This document shows positions 13,156 to 24,228 of a stretch of 64,000 nt of DNA, piece by piece. The position numbers and the translations under genes are program-made. Every line of letters starts with the position of its first letter. Within the stretch, counting starts at the first letter, position 1. This DNA comes from Malacoraja senta (lineage: Eukaryota). The notes under the pieces were generated by a model. The model was given only the letters and a program-made list of their open reading frames with translations, had not been told where the DNA came from and did no database searches. The stretch covers positions 13,394,001 through 13,458,000 of the forward strand of contig CM075990.1 in assembly GCA_038087875.1 (NCBI GenBank). The letters run 5' to 3'.

Positions 13156-13376
13156 AATCCCACTTCTGACACCATGTTGATTTGTAGTCCTTGTAATAAT
13201 AATGGCCTCACACCATGTCAGGTTATATAGAGTTTATTAGGAATAAGCAACACAAGTTCTCACTTGAGAGTTCACTTTAAGACTAACAGAATGCAGCAGA
13301 CTGCGACACTAACAAGCTAGTGGCCGTAACTACAAATGCATGACTCGTAGCATGAGCCACTAATCTCCAATACACA
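13156..13376 (-). mobile_element. Gypsy-type LTR (about 13175-13376) plus tRNA-Leu primer-binding site (13156-13174), opposite in orientation to the adjacent pol fragment
   Basis: The minus strand reads TGTGTATTGG...AATAAA...AAATCAACA|TGGTGTCAGAAGTGGGATT, complementary to the tRNA-Leu(CAA) 3' end as I recall it. The far LTR boundary is approximate. Confidence 0.7.
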
Positions 13377-14519
13377 TGGTCAACAGGATACCTCTTAACT
13401 GGGCAACTATAAACTTTAAAACATTTCCTGGCAGCTGATCCCTGTTGTTCAACCAAACTAGACCCATGTGTAAATACACAACTCCTGATCGCCAGTATTT
13501 CCCTTCTGAGCCTCCATTTTACCCCAATATTGCGAATGCCACAGCTCTCTGTGGATAATCTCTTGCTTTCTCTATCTCTCCTGGTCACTATTCTCCCAGC
13601 TTTGTATATTTCCAGAGCCTTGGTTCCCATACAGCACACTGGCATACTGCATTTTTGGTCAATACCTGATATTGTGGAACATAAATTGTGATACTGTACA
13701 TTTATGTAATATTCCAGAAACATTACTAATGTCTCAGGTTATGTGACCAAATATTACAGAGAATGCCGTGGAGGTTAAGAAATGGCACATAAAATGTATG
13801 TACATTGCAAGTAGGTATACGATCCAATAAATAACATTTGAAATTTCTGGGGGAAATCAAGATATCCTGACCTCAAATTATTAATAATAAATCAGTTACT
13901 ATCCTGAATAATGTGTTACCCGTTAGCCATGGAAAGTTTCCAGCATTGTATAAAAGAACGTACTATTTCACTTGAGCAGATGATTGATGAGATCAGCGCA
14001 ATGATTTTAGGGAGCACTATAACCTGACCTTGAATTGAAATGTTTAGTTTGATACAAATAAAACATTGCATCACTCACAGTACCCATCAATCATAAGCCA
14101 CTTCCAGTGAATAAGGCAAGATCCATCCACTTGGATACCCACCCGAAATTCAAAATCATTCAGAGTATCAACAACCTGCGTTTGAGGTGCAGTAAAATAT
14201 CGCAGGACATCTTGCAGAGTGTAATAAGAGAAAACAACATTTTTAAACCAAAGGAGAAGGAATCTCTCTTCTGGATTTACACCTGAGAAGGAGAATCTTT
14301 AAATCTCAGGTGTTGATATTTCTGAAGCCGATATTGATCAGCAAGTATAGTGGGTAATAGGTAAATGAGACTTGCTCCAGACTCGCTGCTGCTGGCAGTG
14401 TCTGTGGCCATCCAGACTGTCTCTGGACTCTGGCTCAGATGAGTGTAGACTTCTGGGCAGGGTGATGAGCCCAGGGTGACATGGCCCACTGTTGGCGGTA
14501 ACATAATGATAACAGTGAT

Positions 14520-14830
14520 TTTAGTTTAGTTTACTTTAGAGATACAGTGCGAAAACAAGTCCTTTGGCCCACCAAGTCCGTGCCGACCAGTGATCCCTGC
14601 ACATTAACACTATGCTTGGGACATAATTCTACATTTATACAAAGCCAATTAACCTATGTCTTTGGAGTGTGGGACGAAACCAAAGTTCTCGGAGAAAACC
14701 CACGCAGGTCACGGGGAGAACATACAAACTCTGTACAGACAAGCACCCGTAGCCAGGATCGAACCTGGGTCGCTGGTGCTGTAAGCACTGTAAGGCAGCA
14801 ACTCTACCACTGTGCCGCCATGCTGCCCTA
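14520..14830 (-). mobile_element. tRNA-derived V-SINE (HE1-like)
   Basis: On -: A-box-like TGGCGGCACAGTGGTAGAG, B-box GGTTCGATCC, V-domain GAGTTTGTATGTTCTCCCCGTGACCTGCGTGGGTTTTCTCCG and a (TAAAC)n tail. Confidence 0.8.
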
Positions 14831-15344
14831 TTTACATTTTGAATTTGGTATTTCCCTGCCAAAATTACAAATGGTAGTTTCAAACTACTTTTACTCTAAA
14901 ATAATTGTTTGTTTAATTCTATCATCTGCAACTCAAAGCAAGCAAGATTTCAACTTAAAGCAAGCAATACTATCACAGGGTCTTTAACATCTACCGGAAT
15001 GGATGAATCTGGTCACTGGTTAAATCAAATCAGGACAACAATATTAAAACGTCAACTTACATTGCATATTCAGGTCTTGGTGGTAAGTCTGAACCCATTA
15101 CTCTTCAAATCAAAGGTAAGAGTTCTAGTACAAAGTCAAATTTTGATGACTACTTGAAGTGGCTGATATTGGTTTTATGCTTCATATAACATCTCTCAAA
15201 TTGTAGTGTCAAACCGGACTACCTGCTCAAATCTATTTAGTAAGGTTTATACCCATAATGTTTGGATACAAAGAGTGTTACCACTGAGCCAGAAATAACA
15301 ACTCTTATTAAAAGAGCAAAATCAAATCCCAATATTTCTATTTA

Positions 15345-16359
15345 CAGTGCCCCCAAAATGTTTGGGACAAAGACCCATCATTTACTTATTTGCCTCTGTA
15401 CTCCACAATTTGAGATTTGTAATAGAAAAAATAACATGTGGTTAAAGTGTACATTGTCGGAATATATACATACTCCTCCCATTTTAGGGCACCATAATGT
15501 TTGGGACACAGCAATGTCATGTAAATGAAAGTAGTCATGTTTAGTATTTTGTTGCATATCCTTTGCAAGCAATGACTGCTTGAAGGCTGCGATTCATGGA
15601 CATCACCAGTTGCTGGGTGTCTTCTTTCGTGATGCTCTGCCAGGCCTGCATTGCAGTCATCTTTAGCTTATGCTCGTTTTGGGAGCTAGTACCCTTCAGT
15701 TTTCTCTTCAGCATATAAAAGGCATGCTCAATTGGGTTCAGATCATGTGATTGACTTGGCCACTCAAGAATTGTCCATTTATTAGCTTAGAAAAAAAATT
15801 GTTTTAGCAGTATGTTTGGGATCATTGTCTTGCTGTAGAATGAACCGCCGGCCAATGCGTTTGGGGGCATTTGTTTGAACTTGAGCAGATAGGATGTGTC
15901 TATACACTTCAGAATTCATTATGCTACTACCATCAGCAGTTGTATCATCAATGAAGATAAGTGAGCCAGTACCTTCAGCAGCCATACATTCCAGGCCATA
16001 ACACCCCCACCACCGTGTTTCACAGATGAGGTGGTATGCTTTGGATCTTGGGCAGTTCCTTCTCTCCTCCATACTTTGCTCTTGCCATCACTCTGATATA
16101 AGATAATCTTCGTCTCATCTGTCCACAAGACCTTTTTCCAGAACTGTGGTTGCTCTTTTAAGTACTTCTTGGCAAACTATAACCTGGCCACTCTGTATAA
16201 ACACTGCTGTAATTTCTACATGGTGAAACCAAAACGTATAAAAATGGCCTTAAATTAAATCTGACAATAGATTTTTTCTATTTCAAATCTCAAATTGTGG
16301 AGTACAAAGGAAAATAAATAAATGATGGGTCATTGTCCCAAACATTGTGGGGGGCACTG
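15345..16359 (-). mobile_element. Tc1 IR/DR transposon, internally deleted, both TIRs present
   Basis: TA|CAGTGCCCCCAAAATGTTTGGGACA at the left end and TGTCCCAAACATTGTGGGGGGCACTG at the right. WTDETK, QQDNDPKH and SHDLNPIEH remnants lie on -. Same family as 6579-8016. Confidence 0.9.
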
Positions 16360-16384
16360 TGTGTATTGGCAAATGTTCCAGGAT

Positions 16385-17822
16385 AGAAACATAGAACATA
16401 GAAAATAGGTGCAGGAGTAGGCCATTCGGCCCTTCGAGCCTGCACCGCCATTCAATATGATCATGGCTGATCATCCAACTCAGTATCCTGTACCTGCTTT
16501 CTCTCCATACCCCCTGATCCCTTTAGCCACAAGGGCCACATCTAACTCCCTCTTAAATATAGCCAATGAACTGGCCTCAACTACATTCTGTGGCAGAGAA
16601 TTCCACAGATTCACCACTCTCTGTGTAAAAAATATTTTTCTCATCTCAGTCCTAAAAGATTTCCCCTTCATCCTTAAACTGTGACCCCTTGTTCTGGACT
16701 CCCCCAACATCGGGAACAATCTTCCTGCATCTAGCCTGTCCAACCCCTTAAGAATTTTGTAAGTTTCTATAAGATACCCCCTCAGTCTTCTAAATTCCAG
16801 CGAGTACAAGCCGAGTCTATCCAGTCTTTCCTCATATGAAAGTCCTGACATCCCAGGAATCAGTCTGGTGAACATTCTCTGTACTCCCTCTATGGCCAGA
16901 ATGTCCTTCCTCAGATTAGGAGACCAAAACTGTACGCAATACTCCAGGTGTGGTCTCACCAAGACCCTGTACAACTGCAGTAGAACCTCCCTGCTCCTAT
17001 ACTCAAATCCTTTTGCTATGAATGCTAACATACCATTCGCTTTCTTCACTGCCTGCTGCACCTGCATGCCCACTTTCAATGACTGGTGTACCATGACACC
17101 AAGGTCTCGTTGCATCTCCCCTTTTCCTAATCGGCCACCATTCAGGTAATAGTCTACTTCCCTGTTTTTGCCACCAAAGTGGATAACCTCACATTTATCC
17201 ACATTATACTGCATCTGCCATGCATTTGCCCACTCACCCAGCCTATCCAAGTCATCTTGCAGCCTCCTAGCACCCTCCTCACAGCTAACACTGCCCCCAC
17301 AGCTTCGTGTCATCCGCAAACTTGGAGATGTTGCATTCAATTCCCTCGTCCAGATCATTAATATATATTGTAAATATTGTAAATAGCTGAGGTCCCAGCA
17401 CTGAGCCTTGCGGTACCCCACTAGTCACTGCCTGCCATTCTGAAAAGGACCCGTTTACTCCTAATCTTTGCTTCCTGTCTGCCAGCCAGTTCTCTATCCA
17501 CATCAATACTGAACCCCCAATACCGTGTGCTTTAAGTTTGTATATTAATCTCTTATGTGGGACCTTGTCGAAAGCCTTCTGAAAGTCCAGATATAACACA
17601 TCCACTGGTTCTCCCTTATCCACTCTACTAGTTACATCCTCGAAAAATTCTATAAGATTCGTCAGACATGATTTACCTTTCATAAATCCATGCTGACTTT
17701 GTCCAATGATTTCACCATTTTCCAAATGTGTTGCTATCCCATCTTTAATAATTGACTCTAGCAGTTTCCCCACTACCGATGTTAGACTAACTGGTCTGTA
17801 ATTCCCCGTTTTCTCTCTCTCC
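16385..17822 (-). mobile_element. CR1 LINE, 5'-truncated (RT and C-terminus)
   Basis: ORFs 17285-17848 and 16480-17421 carry [15 protein letters not shown] and FADD; tail at 16385-16402. Confidence 0.95.
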
Positions 17823-19069
17823 GAGAAACCAATTGTTTGTAAATCCATGATGACATTTCATCATTAGTATTCCAGCACATGATGGGTACTTTCAAATCAC
17901 ACGATACAAACATTTAAAAAATAAAGCTGGCCTCATCTATCGTGTTTTTAATTACATTTGCTAACTAGTGGGGAAGCAAAACAATATACAATTGTGAAAC
18001 ACTGTGCAGGTACATGCATTTGGACAATATCTAATTGTTAAGAAGCTCTGTGAGACAAGGTTGGGCCATAATATTCTATAGTCTCGGCTTGCTCGAGTCG
18101 TTAATATAGGAAGAGGATGAGGCCTAATATATTTTCTGGGATTTATTCCAAAATTGTAAAGAGATAGATTTTACTTAAAGAAGGAAAGTCTCTACGTTGT
18201 AAGATGATCTCTCAATATTCCATGACTGCTACCCAAGAACGCACTTATACTTACATTTTTTAAAATCTTCTCCACCTTCCAAAATATATTTGGAAACCTC
18301 CTTGGAGCTTAGCATAAGTCGAGTGCAAATGTAGAACCTTGTTTATATGGAGAGATGATTGCAAAATTAGATTATTGCCTTGTAAAAGTTAAGGAAAATC
18401 CTATTACCAGCTTATTAATTGGGTTATGCTTAGCTTTCTTGGCAGACTGGATGAACAGCAGGAATTTCTTTTTATGTATTTAACTTTTGTGGGGCACGTA
18501 AGGGAAATGTTTTCAATTCTTTGGTTTTAAATACCTCACACTGTCAGTAGTAACTCTAGAATTTTCATTTAAAAGCTCTCGCCAAATGAATGGCATTAAA
18601 GTAACCCTTCCATAGTCCTGAGGCCCAATAAACAAACCTAACCCTACCAGAAAATAATTAATTCAAGCATAGGTAAGGCCAATCTCCCTCAGCTTCAGGA
18701 CACATAGATGGCCTCTAATGTTAGGCCTCCCTGAATAGGTTTCAGGTTAGGAATGTGTTGATTCTGTACCTATGCATTTCCCCCAGAAAGGCTCTGTACA
18801 GCCTCATAAAACCAGGCAAAATCAATGCATCATTTATTCTTCTGACCAATCTCCCATGATGTTCCACTCAGTTGTTTGCCAGAGGGTTAACCTGATGGAA
18901 TACTCGTCTCAGAATAAATTTGTTCACCTCTTACTTTTCCCATTCTCACAACTGCTTGATTGGCAATGCGATAATTGCACCTTGCAACCTTTGTTACCAC
19001 AGAAAAGTGACTGATACTGGAAGAATAAATGCCACTGAAACCAGATAAGTACGAGAGAAAATCATGATA

Positions 19070-19442
19070 AAATGTACATCATGTACAAAATCATGAGAGG
19101 AACAGATCGGGTAGACACACGGAGTGTTTTGCCCAGAGTAGGGGAATCGAGAACCAGAGGACATAGGTTTAAGGTGATGGGTGAAAGATTTAATAGGAAC
19201 CTGAGGGGTAAAATTTTCATGAAAAAAAATGGTAGGTGTACGGAACAAGCTGCCGGAGGAGGTAGTGGAGGCAGGTACTATCACAACTTTCAAGAAACAT
19301 TTAGACAGTCACATGGAAAGGACAGGTTTAGAGAGATATGGGCCAAATGCAGGCAGGTGGGACTAGTGTAAATGGGACATATTGACTGGTTTGGGCAAGT
19401 TGGGCCGAAGGGCCTGCTTCCACGTAGACTCTATGACTATGA
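19070..19442 (+). mobile_element. Older CR1 LINE 3' fragment
   Basis: YKIMRGTDRVD...ESRTRGHRFKV C-terminal motif followed by a 3'UTR with a ctctatgactatg tail. Confidence 0.8.
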
Positions 19443-19539
19443 AAACAATATTATGTAGGGTGGTTGAGATTAAGCGGAAGGAAACTATGTGATTCATCCC
19501 CAGCACAGTCCTGTTGGACTACCTGATGTGTTTCTGTGC

Positions 19540-19712
19540 TTGTTTAAGAAAGAACTGCAGATGTTGGAACAATTGAATGTAGACAAAAAATGCTGGAGAA
19601 ACTCAGCAGGTGAGGCAGCATCTATGGAGAGAAGGAATAGGCGACGTTTTGGGTCGAGACCCTTTGGGTCGTGACCCGAAACGTCGCTTATTCCTTCTCT
19701 CCATAGATGTTG
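19540..19712. mobile_element. Penelope-derived short repeat with inverted duplication
   Basis: gcatctatggagagaaggaataggcgacgttt... is folded back on ...gaaacgtcgcttattccttctctccatagatg. Confidence 0.75.
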
Positions 19713-20419
19713 TTTCTGTCTAAGGGTAGATGAGGTTGGGAGTAATAAATTGAGCCTTCACAAGATTTAAAAATAAAATGGGAATTTTAATCAGTGAGAT
19801 TTCTAGTTAATTTTACATTATTTTATGATTGGGGGAAAAAAGTGCTGCGTATTTTTGTAAACTTTTATTCGCTTCTTTTTAAACAAAAATCCAGGACACA
19901 ATTGGGACACATTTCCACGATTCTTTTTTGCAGAACCTATTTGTTGCATGCACAAAGCACCAAGAATGCTGGCACGTAATCAATGTTGAAATACATTGCT
20001 ACTTAATTAACTACCTGGTAGAAATATTGCTACTTAACTATCTACCTGGAACTCACTACAAGGACCAGGATCTGGTTATCAGTCCTGTCTCAACTAAAAT
20101 CTGATTAAAAAAGAGATGACCTATTTCTTAATCAACATCCACAGTTAGTTCAAGAGAGGCAAGGAAAAAAAGTAAATTTTGGCCCTGAATATGAACAATT
20201 GAGCCAAATGTTATACATTTCTCTGCCACAGTGGAAATAAGCTAACAATATTAATCAGAAATAAAACATTCTAGGCTTAAAATTTATAGGCTTAAATTTT
20301 ATTTTTTCATCTCTAAAAAGTCATTTAGCCAAGTGACTGAAGAGCAGTATCATTTGATTAGCATGACACATTAATACAATTCTCCACATTGTATTACCAT
20401 AAGTTAAATGGTTTTGGTT

Positions 20420-20680
20420 AGGTTAGAGATATAGGCCCTTCGGCCCACCGAATCAACCCCGATCAGCGAACCCCACACGCTAACACTATCCTGCACACAC
20501 CAAGGACAACTTTACCAAAGCCAATTAACCTACAAACCTGTACGCCTTTGGAGTAAACCACGGTGGGAGGAAACTGGAGCACCCGGAAGAAACCCACGCG
20601 GTCTCAGGGAGAATGTACAAACTCCGCACAGTCAGCACCTGTGGCCAGGATTGAACCAGGGTCGCTGGCGCTGTAAGGCT
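20420..20680 (-). mobile_element. V-SINE (HE1-like) fragment
   Basis: V-domain GGAGTTTGTACATTCTCCCTGAGACCGCGTGGGTTTCTTCCGGGTGCTCCAGTTTCCTCCCAC on -. Confidence 0.75.
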
Positions 20681-20727
20681 GGTCCCATGGGATTCAACGA
20701 TTATAAACTGACACTCATATACAACAT

Positions 20728-21025
20728 GTGTAGGAAGGAACTGCATATGGTGGTTTAAACCGAAGATAGACACAAAATGCTGGAGTAACTCATCTCTGGA
20801 GAAAAGGAATGAGTAACGTTTCGGGTCGAGACCCTTCTTCAGACTAAGAGTCAGGGGAGAGGGAAACGTGATATGGAAGGGTACAAAGAACATGCGAGGT
20901 GTGAAAAGGACAGATCAAAGCAGTCAAGGAAATTGTTGGATGAGGGGAAGCTAACAACGAGGCATACAAACTGTAAAATTAATCAGGAAAACTAGGGTGG
21001 GGTAGGGACAGAGAGGGAAAGCAAC
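20728..21025 (-). mobile_element. Penelope-derived repeat with hammerhead core
   Basis: On -: CTTAGTCTGAAGAAGGGTCTCGACCCGAAACGTTACTC at about 20811-20847. Confidence 0.75.
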
Positions 21026-21859
21026 ATATTGAGGATGTCCTGCATCATCAGATGTACCATTTTTCAGAGGAAGTGTTCAATCTTTTCTCTCATATGGACA
21101 GTGAACTGGTGGGGGTGCTTTCCCCCATTGCCCTAGCCAATAATTAAATCGAATTGATAGTTTTAAAGACAGATTATCAGATGGTTATTTCATTGGTGTA
21201 CGAGGGAATCAGCCTTGGGTGAAATTACTGCCGTTTCTCACCATGGCAGTGACTACACTACAAACATGCCCCCCCCCCCCCCGGCTTTTAAAGACTTTGA
21301 GAGATTCTCAATAAAAAGAAGAATTGGCATAATATATAAATGTCAGTATTTTTTTTTATTTGGATGCACGCTTCTGTTTGTCTACGTCAGGAGCCTTTTG
21401 GTTCATGCGATTTGTCTATAAAGTAACTGAACAGCCTAGCTTTATTCGGGATACCTTGTTATTTGAAAAGTCAAACAACTTTTAACTTTTCAGAAGTTCA
21501 AATTTGCATTTAATGCGTGCTTTAAAACACCCCAGGATACGATGAAGAGAATACCCCGATCAACATCTTTACCTCAATCAGCCATCAAGAACAGATTCGC
21601 CGGTTAATCATCTCATGTCTGATTATATGATCTTGCTGTGTGTAATCTGGCAACTCCACTGGGTCATTTCCTACACACACACTTATTAGAGCAGGAACGA
21701 AAACTTCCAATTAGTATGGACTTGCAAAATAAATGAAGCGGAATTCAAAAGTTGTATAAATATTGACACGGCTGTTTAAACATTTGCACTGAGTGAAATA
21801 CTTGGATAATTATGTGTAATATGCCGGTTAGAAAGTTCCAGTAAATCGTACCTAGGCCT

Positions 21860-22400
21860 TGCCTGTGCGGACAGCGCGGCTCAGTCCTCCTCCCTAACTA
21901 CGACTTCTTCTAGTTTTCACACAAACAACTACGCTCGCTTCCTCTGAAGGAAAACTGAGACGGGCCCCGCCGCTTCCACTACCCAGAGGCGGGCCTTGCC
22001 CTCCTTCACCGCCCCCTCAGGCTCGCCGTCTAGACTCGCTTTGTTTCAGCTTCCCTGGGCCGCATCCCTCTCAGTGAGAGACGTGCAGTTTCTCACACAC
22101 CGCCGATCGCCGCCAGCGCTGCGCCTCCGGTCCTCCGACCGGTGGGGGGCGCTGCATCTGGCTGATCGCCCCGGCTGCGCTGTTGGTCTTCCGGCCGGTG
22201 GGGGGGGGGGGGGGCGCTGCATCTGGCTGACCGCCCCGGCTGCGCCGTTGGTCCTCCGGCCGGTCCATGGCGCTGCATCCGGCTGACCGCCCCGGCTGCG
22301 CTGTTGGTCCTCCGGCCGGTGGGTGGCGCTGCATCTGGCTGACCGCCTCGCAGCGCAGCCGCAGTCGCAGTCGCAGTCCGGCCCACCCTCTGGTATGGTT
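21860..22400 (+). promoter_or_regulatory. CpG island; probable NUDT13 promoter and non-coding exon 1
   Basis: Very GC/CpG-rich block about 3.8 kb upstream of the NUDT13 start codon, with a GC box (CCCCGCC at about 21965) and a candidate donor TG|GTATGG at about 22392/22393. Confidence 0.7.
22149..22350. repeat. GC-rich minisatellite, about 3.5 copies of a ~56-65 bp unit
   Basis: The unit gcgctgcatctggctgaccgccccggctgcgctgttggtcctccggccggt starts at about 22149, 22214, 22270 and 22326 (partial). A long G-run follows the first copy. Confidence 0.85.
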
Positions 22401-23220
22401 GAGGTTTCGGGTCGAGATCCTTGTTCAGACTGAAAGTCAGGGGAGACGGAGACGGAGACACAGACACACACACACACAGATTAGGAAGTATAAGGTACGA
22501 AATACGACATATATCAGCGAGACCAAGCGCAGGCTCGGCGATCGTTTCACTAATCTCCTCCCCTCAGCCCACCTGATCTCCCGGTTGCTCAACACGTCAA
22601 CTCCCCCTCCCTTACATTCCCACACTGACCTTATATAAGATTGCGTACAGTTTTGGTCTCCTAATTTGAGGAAGGACATCCTTGTGATTGAGGCAGTGCA
22701 GCGTAGGTTCACGAGATTGATCCCTGGGATGGGAGGAAAGATTGAAATTATAAAAATTATAAAAGGACTGGACAAGCTAGATGCAGGAAAAATGTTCCCA
22801 ATGTTGGGCGAGTCCAGAACCAGGGGGCCACAGTTGCAATGAATGGCGGTGCAGGCTCGAAGGGCTGAATGGCCTCCTCCTGCACCTTGTTTCTATGTAA
22901 GATAGGCACACATGTGCTGGAGTAACTCAGAGGGACGGGCAACATCTCTGGAATTTCTTCTCTCCACAGATGCTGCATGTCCCGCTGAGCTACTCCAGCA
23001 TTTTGTGTAAATGACCTGCGTGAGGTAACCACTGCTGAGGTGTTTGCGCAGGAATCAACCAGAAACCAGCACCTGCAGTTCCTTCCTACAACACATCCCA
23101 TTCCCACGCTGACCTCGCTGTCCTGGGCCTCCCCCACTGTCAGAGTGAGGCCCAGCGCAAATAGCACCTCATATTTCTCTTGGGCCCAGAGGTATGGATA
23201 TTGACTTCTCTAACTTCAAG
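22400..23220. mobile_element. Mosaic of Penelope (GIY-YIG: YISETKRRLGDRF) and CR1 3' fragments
   Basis: PLE endonuclease remnant at about 22505-22630 and 23095-23220, CR1 pieces at 22640-22895, and a PLE-derived inverted repeat at 22905-23010. Confidence 0.7.
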
Positions 23221-23221
23221 T

Positions 23222-23393
23222 CACAGTGGCGCAGCGGTAGAGTTGCTGCCTTACAGCAAATGCAGCGCCAGACACCAGGGTTCGACCCCGACTACTGTCT
23301 GTACGGAGTTTGAACGTTCTCCCCGTGACCTGCGGGTTTTCTCCGAGATCTTCGGTTTCCTCCCACACTCCAAAGACGTACAGGTTTGTAGGT
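23222..23393 (+). mobile_element. V-SINE (HE1-like), 5' part
   Basis: A-box TGGCGCAGCGGTAGAG, B-box GGGTTCGACCCC, V-domain GGAGTTTGAACGTTCTCCCCGTGACCTGCGGGTTTTCTCCG. Confidence 0.8.
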
Positions 23394-23469
23394 AAAAAAA
23401 GTGTCCAGTTAATTGTCCAACTTCCAGTATAGTCTATCTCCAGCCCTCTCCTGCTCCAGTTTACTTTAT

Positions 23470-23654
23470 GTTCAAGAAGGAACTGCAGATGCTGGAAAAT
23501 CGAAGGTAGACAAAAGTGCTGGAGAAACTCAGCGGGTGTGGCAGCATCCATGGAGAGAAGGAAATAGGCAATGTTTTGGCCCGAAACATTGCCTATTTCC
23601 TTCGCTCCATATATGCTACTGCACCCGCTGAGTTTCTCCAGCACTTTTGTCCAC
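23470..23654. mobile_element. Penelope-derived fold-back insertion with a 16-bp TSD
   Basis: TSD CTCCAGTTTACTTTAT at 23454-23469 and 23655-23670, with internal inverted arms. Confidence 0.8.
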
Positions 23655-23759
23655 CTCCAGTTTACTTTATAGCAGGAACGAAAGCTTCCAATTAGTATGG
23701 ACTGTAAACAAAATTAAGTGGAATTTAAATATTGACTCGGATGTTTAAACACCTCTTCC

Positions 23760-24228
23760 AGTTCTCCAACCATTCTGACTGTCCCCTGAGTAAATTCTAT
23801 CTATGTATGCTTCATTGTCAACTTGTCCTAACTAACAATGATCTATTCTACATTTTCCGTGAACTGCATCTTTTTTGATGTCTCGTTTTCACACCTTACA
23901 CTTCCTTATCTCTGCATCTCCCTCTCCCCTGACTCTCAGTCTGAAGAAGTGTCTCAACCCGAAACGTCATCCATTCCTTCTATCCCCAGATGCTGCCTGT
24001 CCTGCTGAGTTACTCCAGCATTTTGTGTCTCCATCCGCCATAGGATGTGACCTCCAACCCCTCATGGGGTGCTACAACCACATCACCTGCACCAATGAAC
24101 CTAATGATCCCCATTCCTCCTTAAAATATAATCCTGCAAACCACTAAATCTCCGAAGATAGACACAAAATGTTGGAGTAACTCAGCAGGACAGGCAGCAT
24201 CTGGGGATAGAAGGAATGGATGACGTTT
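23760..24228. mobile_element. Penelope-derived repeats (sense copy with hammerhead core at about 23941-23968, inverted copy 24152-24228)
   Basis: cagtCTGAAGAagtgtctcaacccGAAAcgtc followed by the family body; a reverse-complement copy lies downstream. Confidence 0.7.

Noticed and set aside
13205..13216. Second PBS-like TGACA|TGGTGTGAGG on the minus strand
   Set aside because: Only the first few bases resemble a tRNA 3' complement; the 13156-13174 site is a much better match.
14277..14504. Exon-like GC-balanced stretch with a 75-aa minus-strand ORF
   Set aside because: No family recognised in the frames I checked and no consistent acceptor/donor pair.
22149..22350. CRISPR-like array, and the overlapping Arg/Pro/Gly-rich ORFs at 21996-22638
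   Set aside because: The units are contiguous tandem repeats without unique spacers in a vertebrate CpG island. The ORFs reflect scarcity of stop codons in GC-rich sequence.
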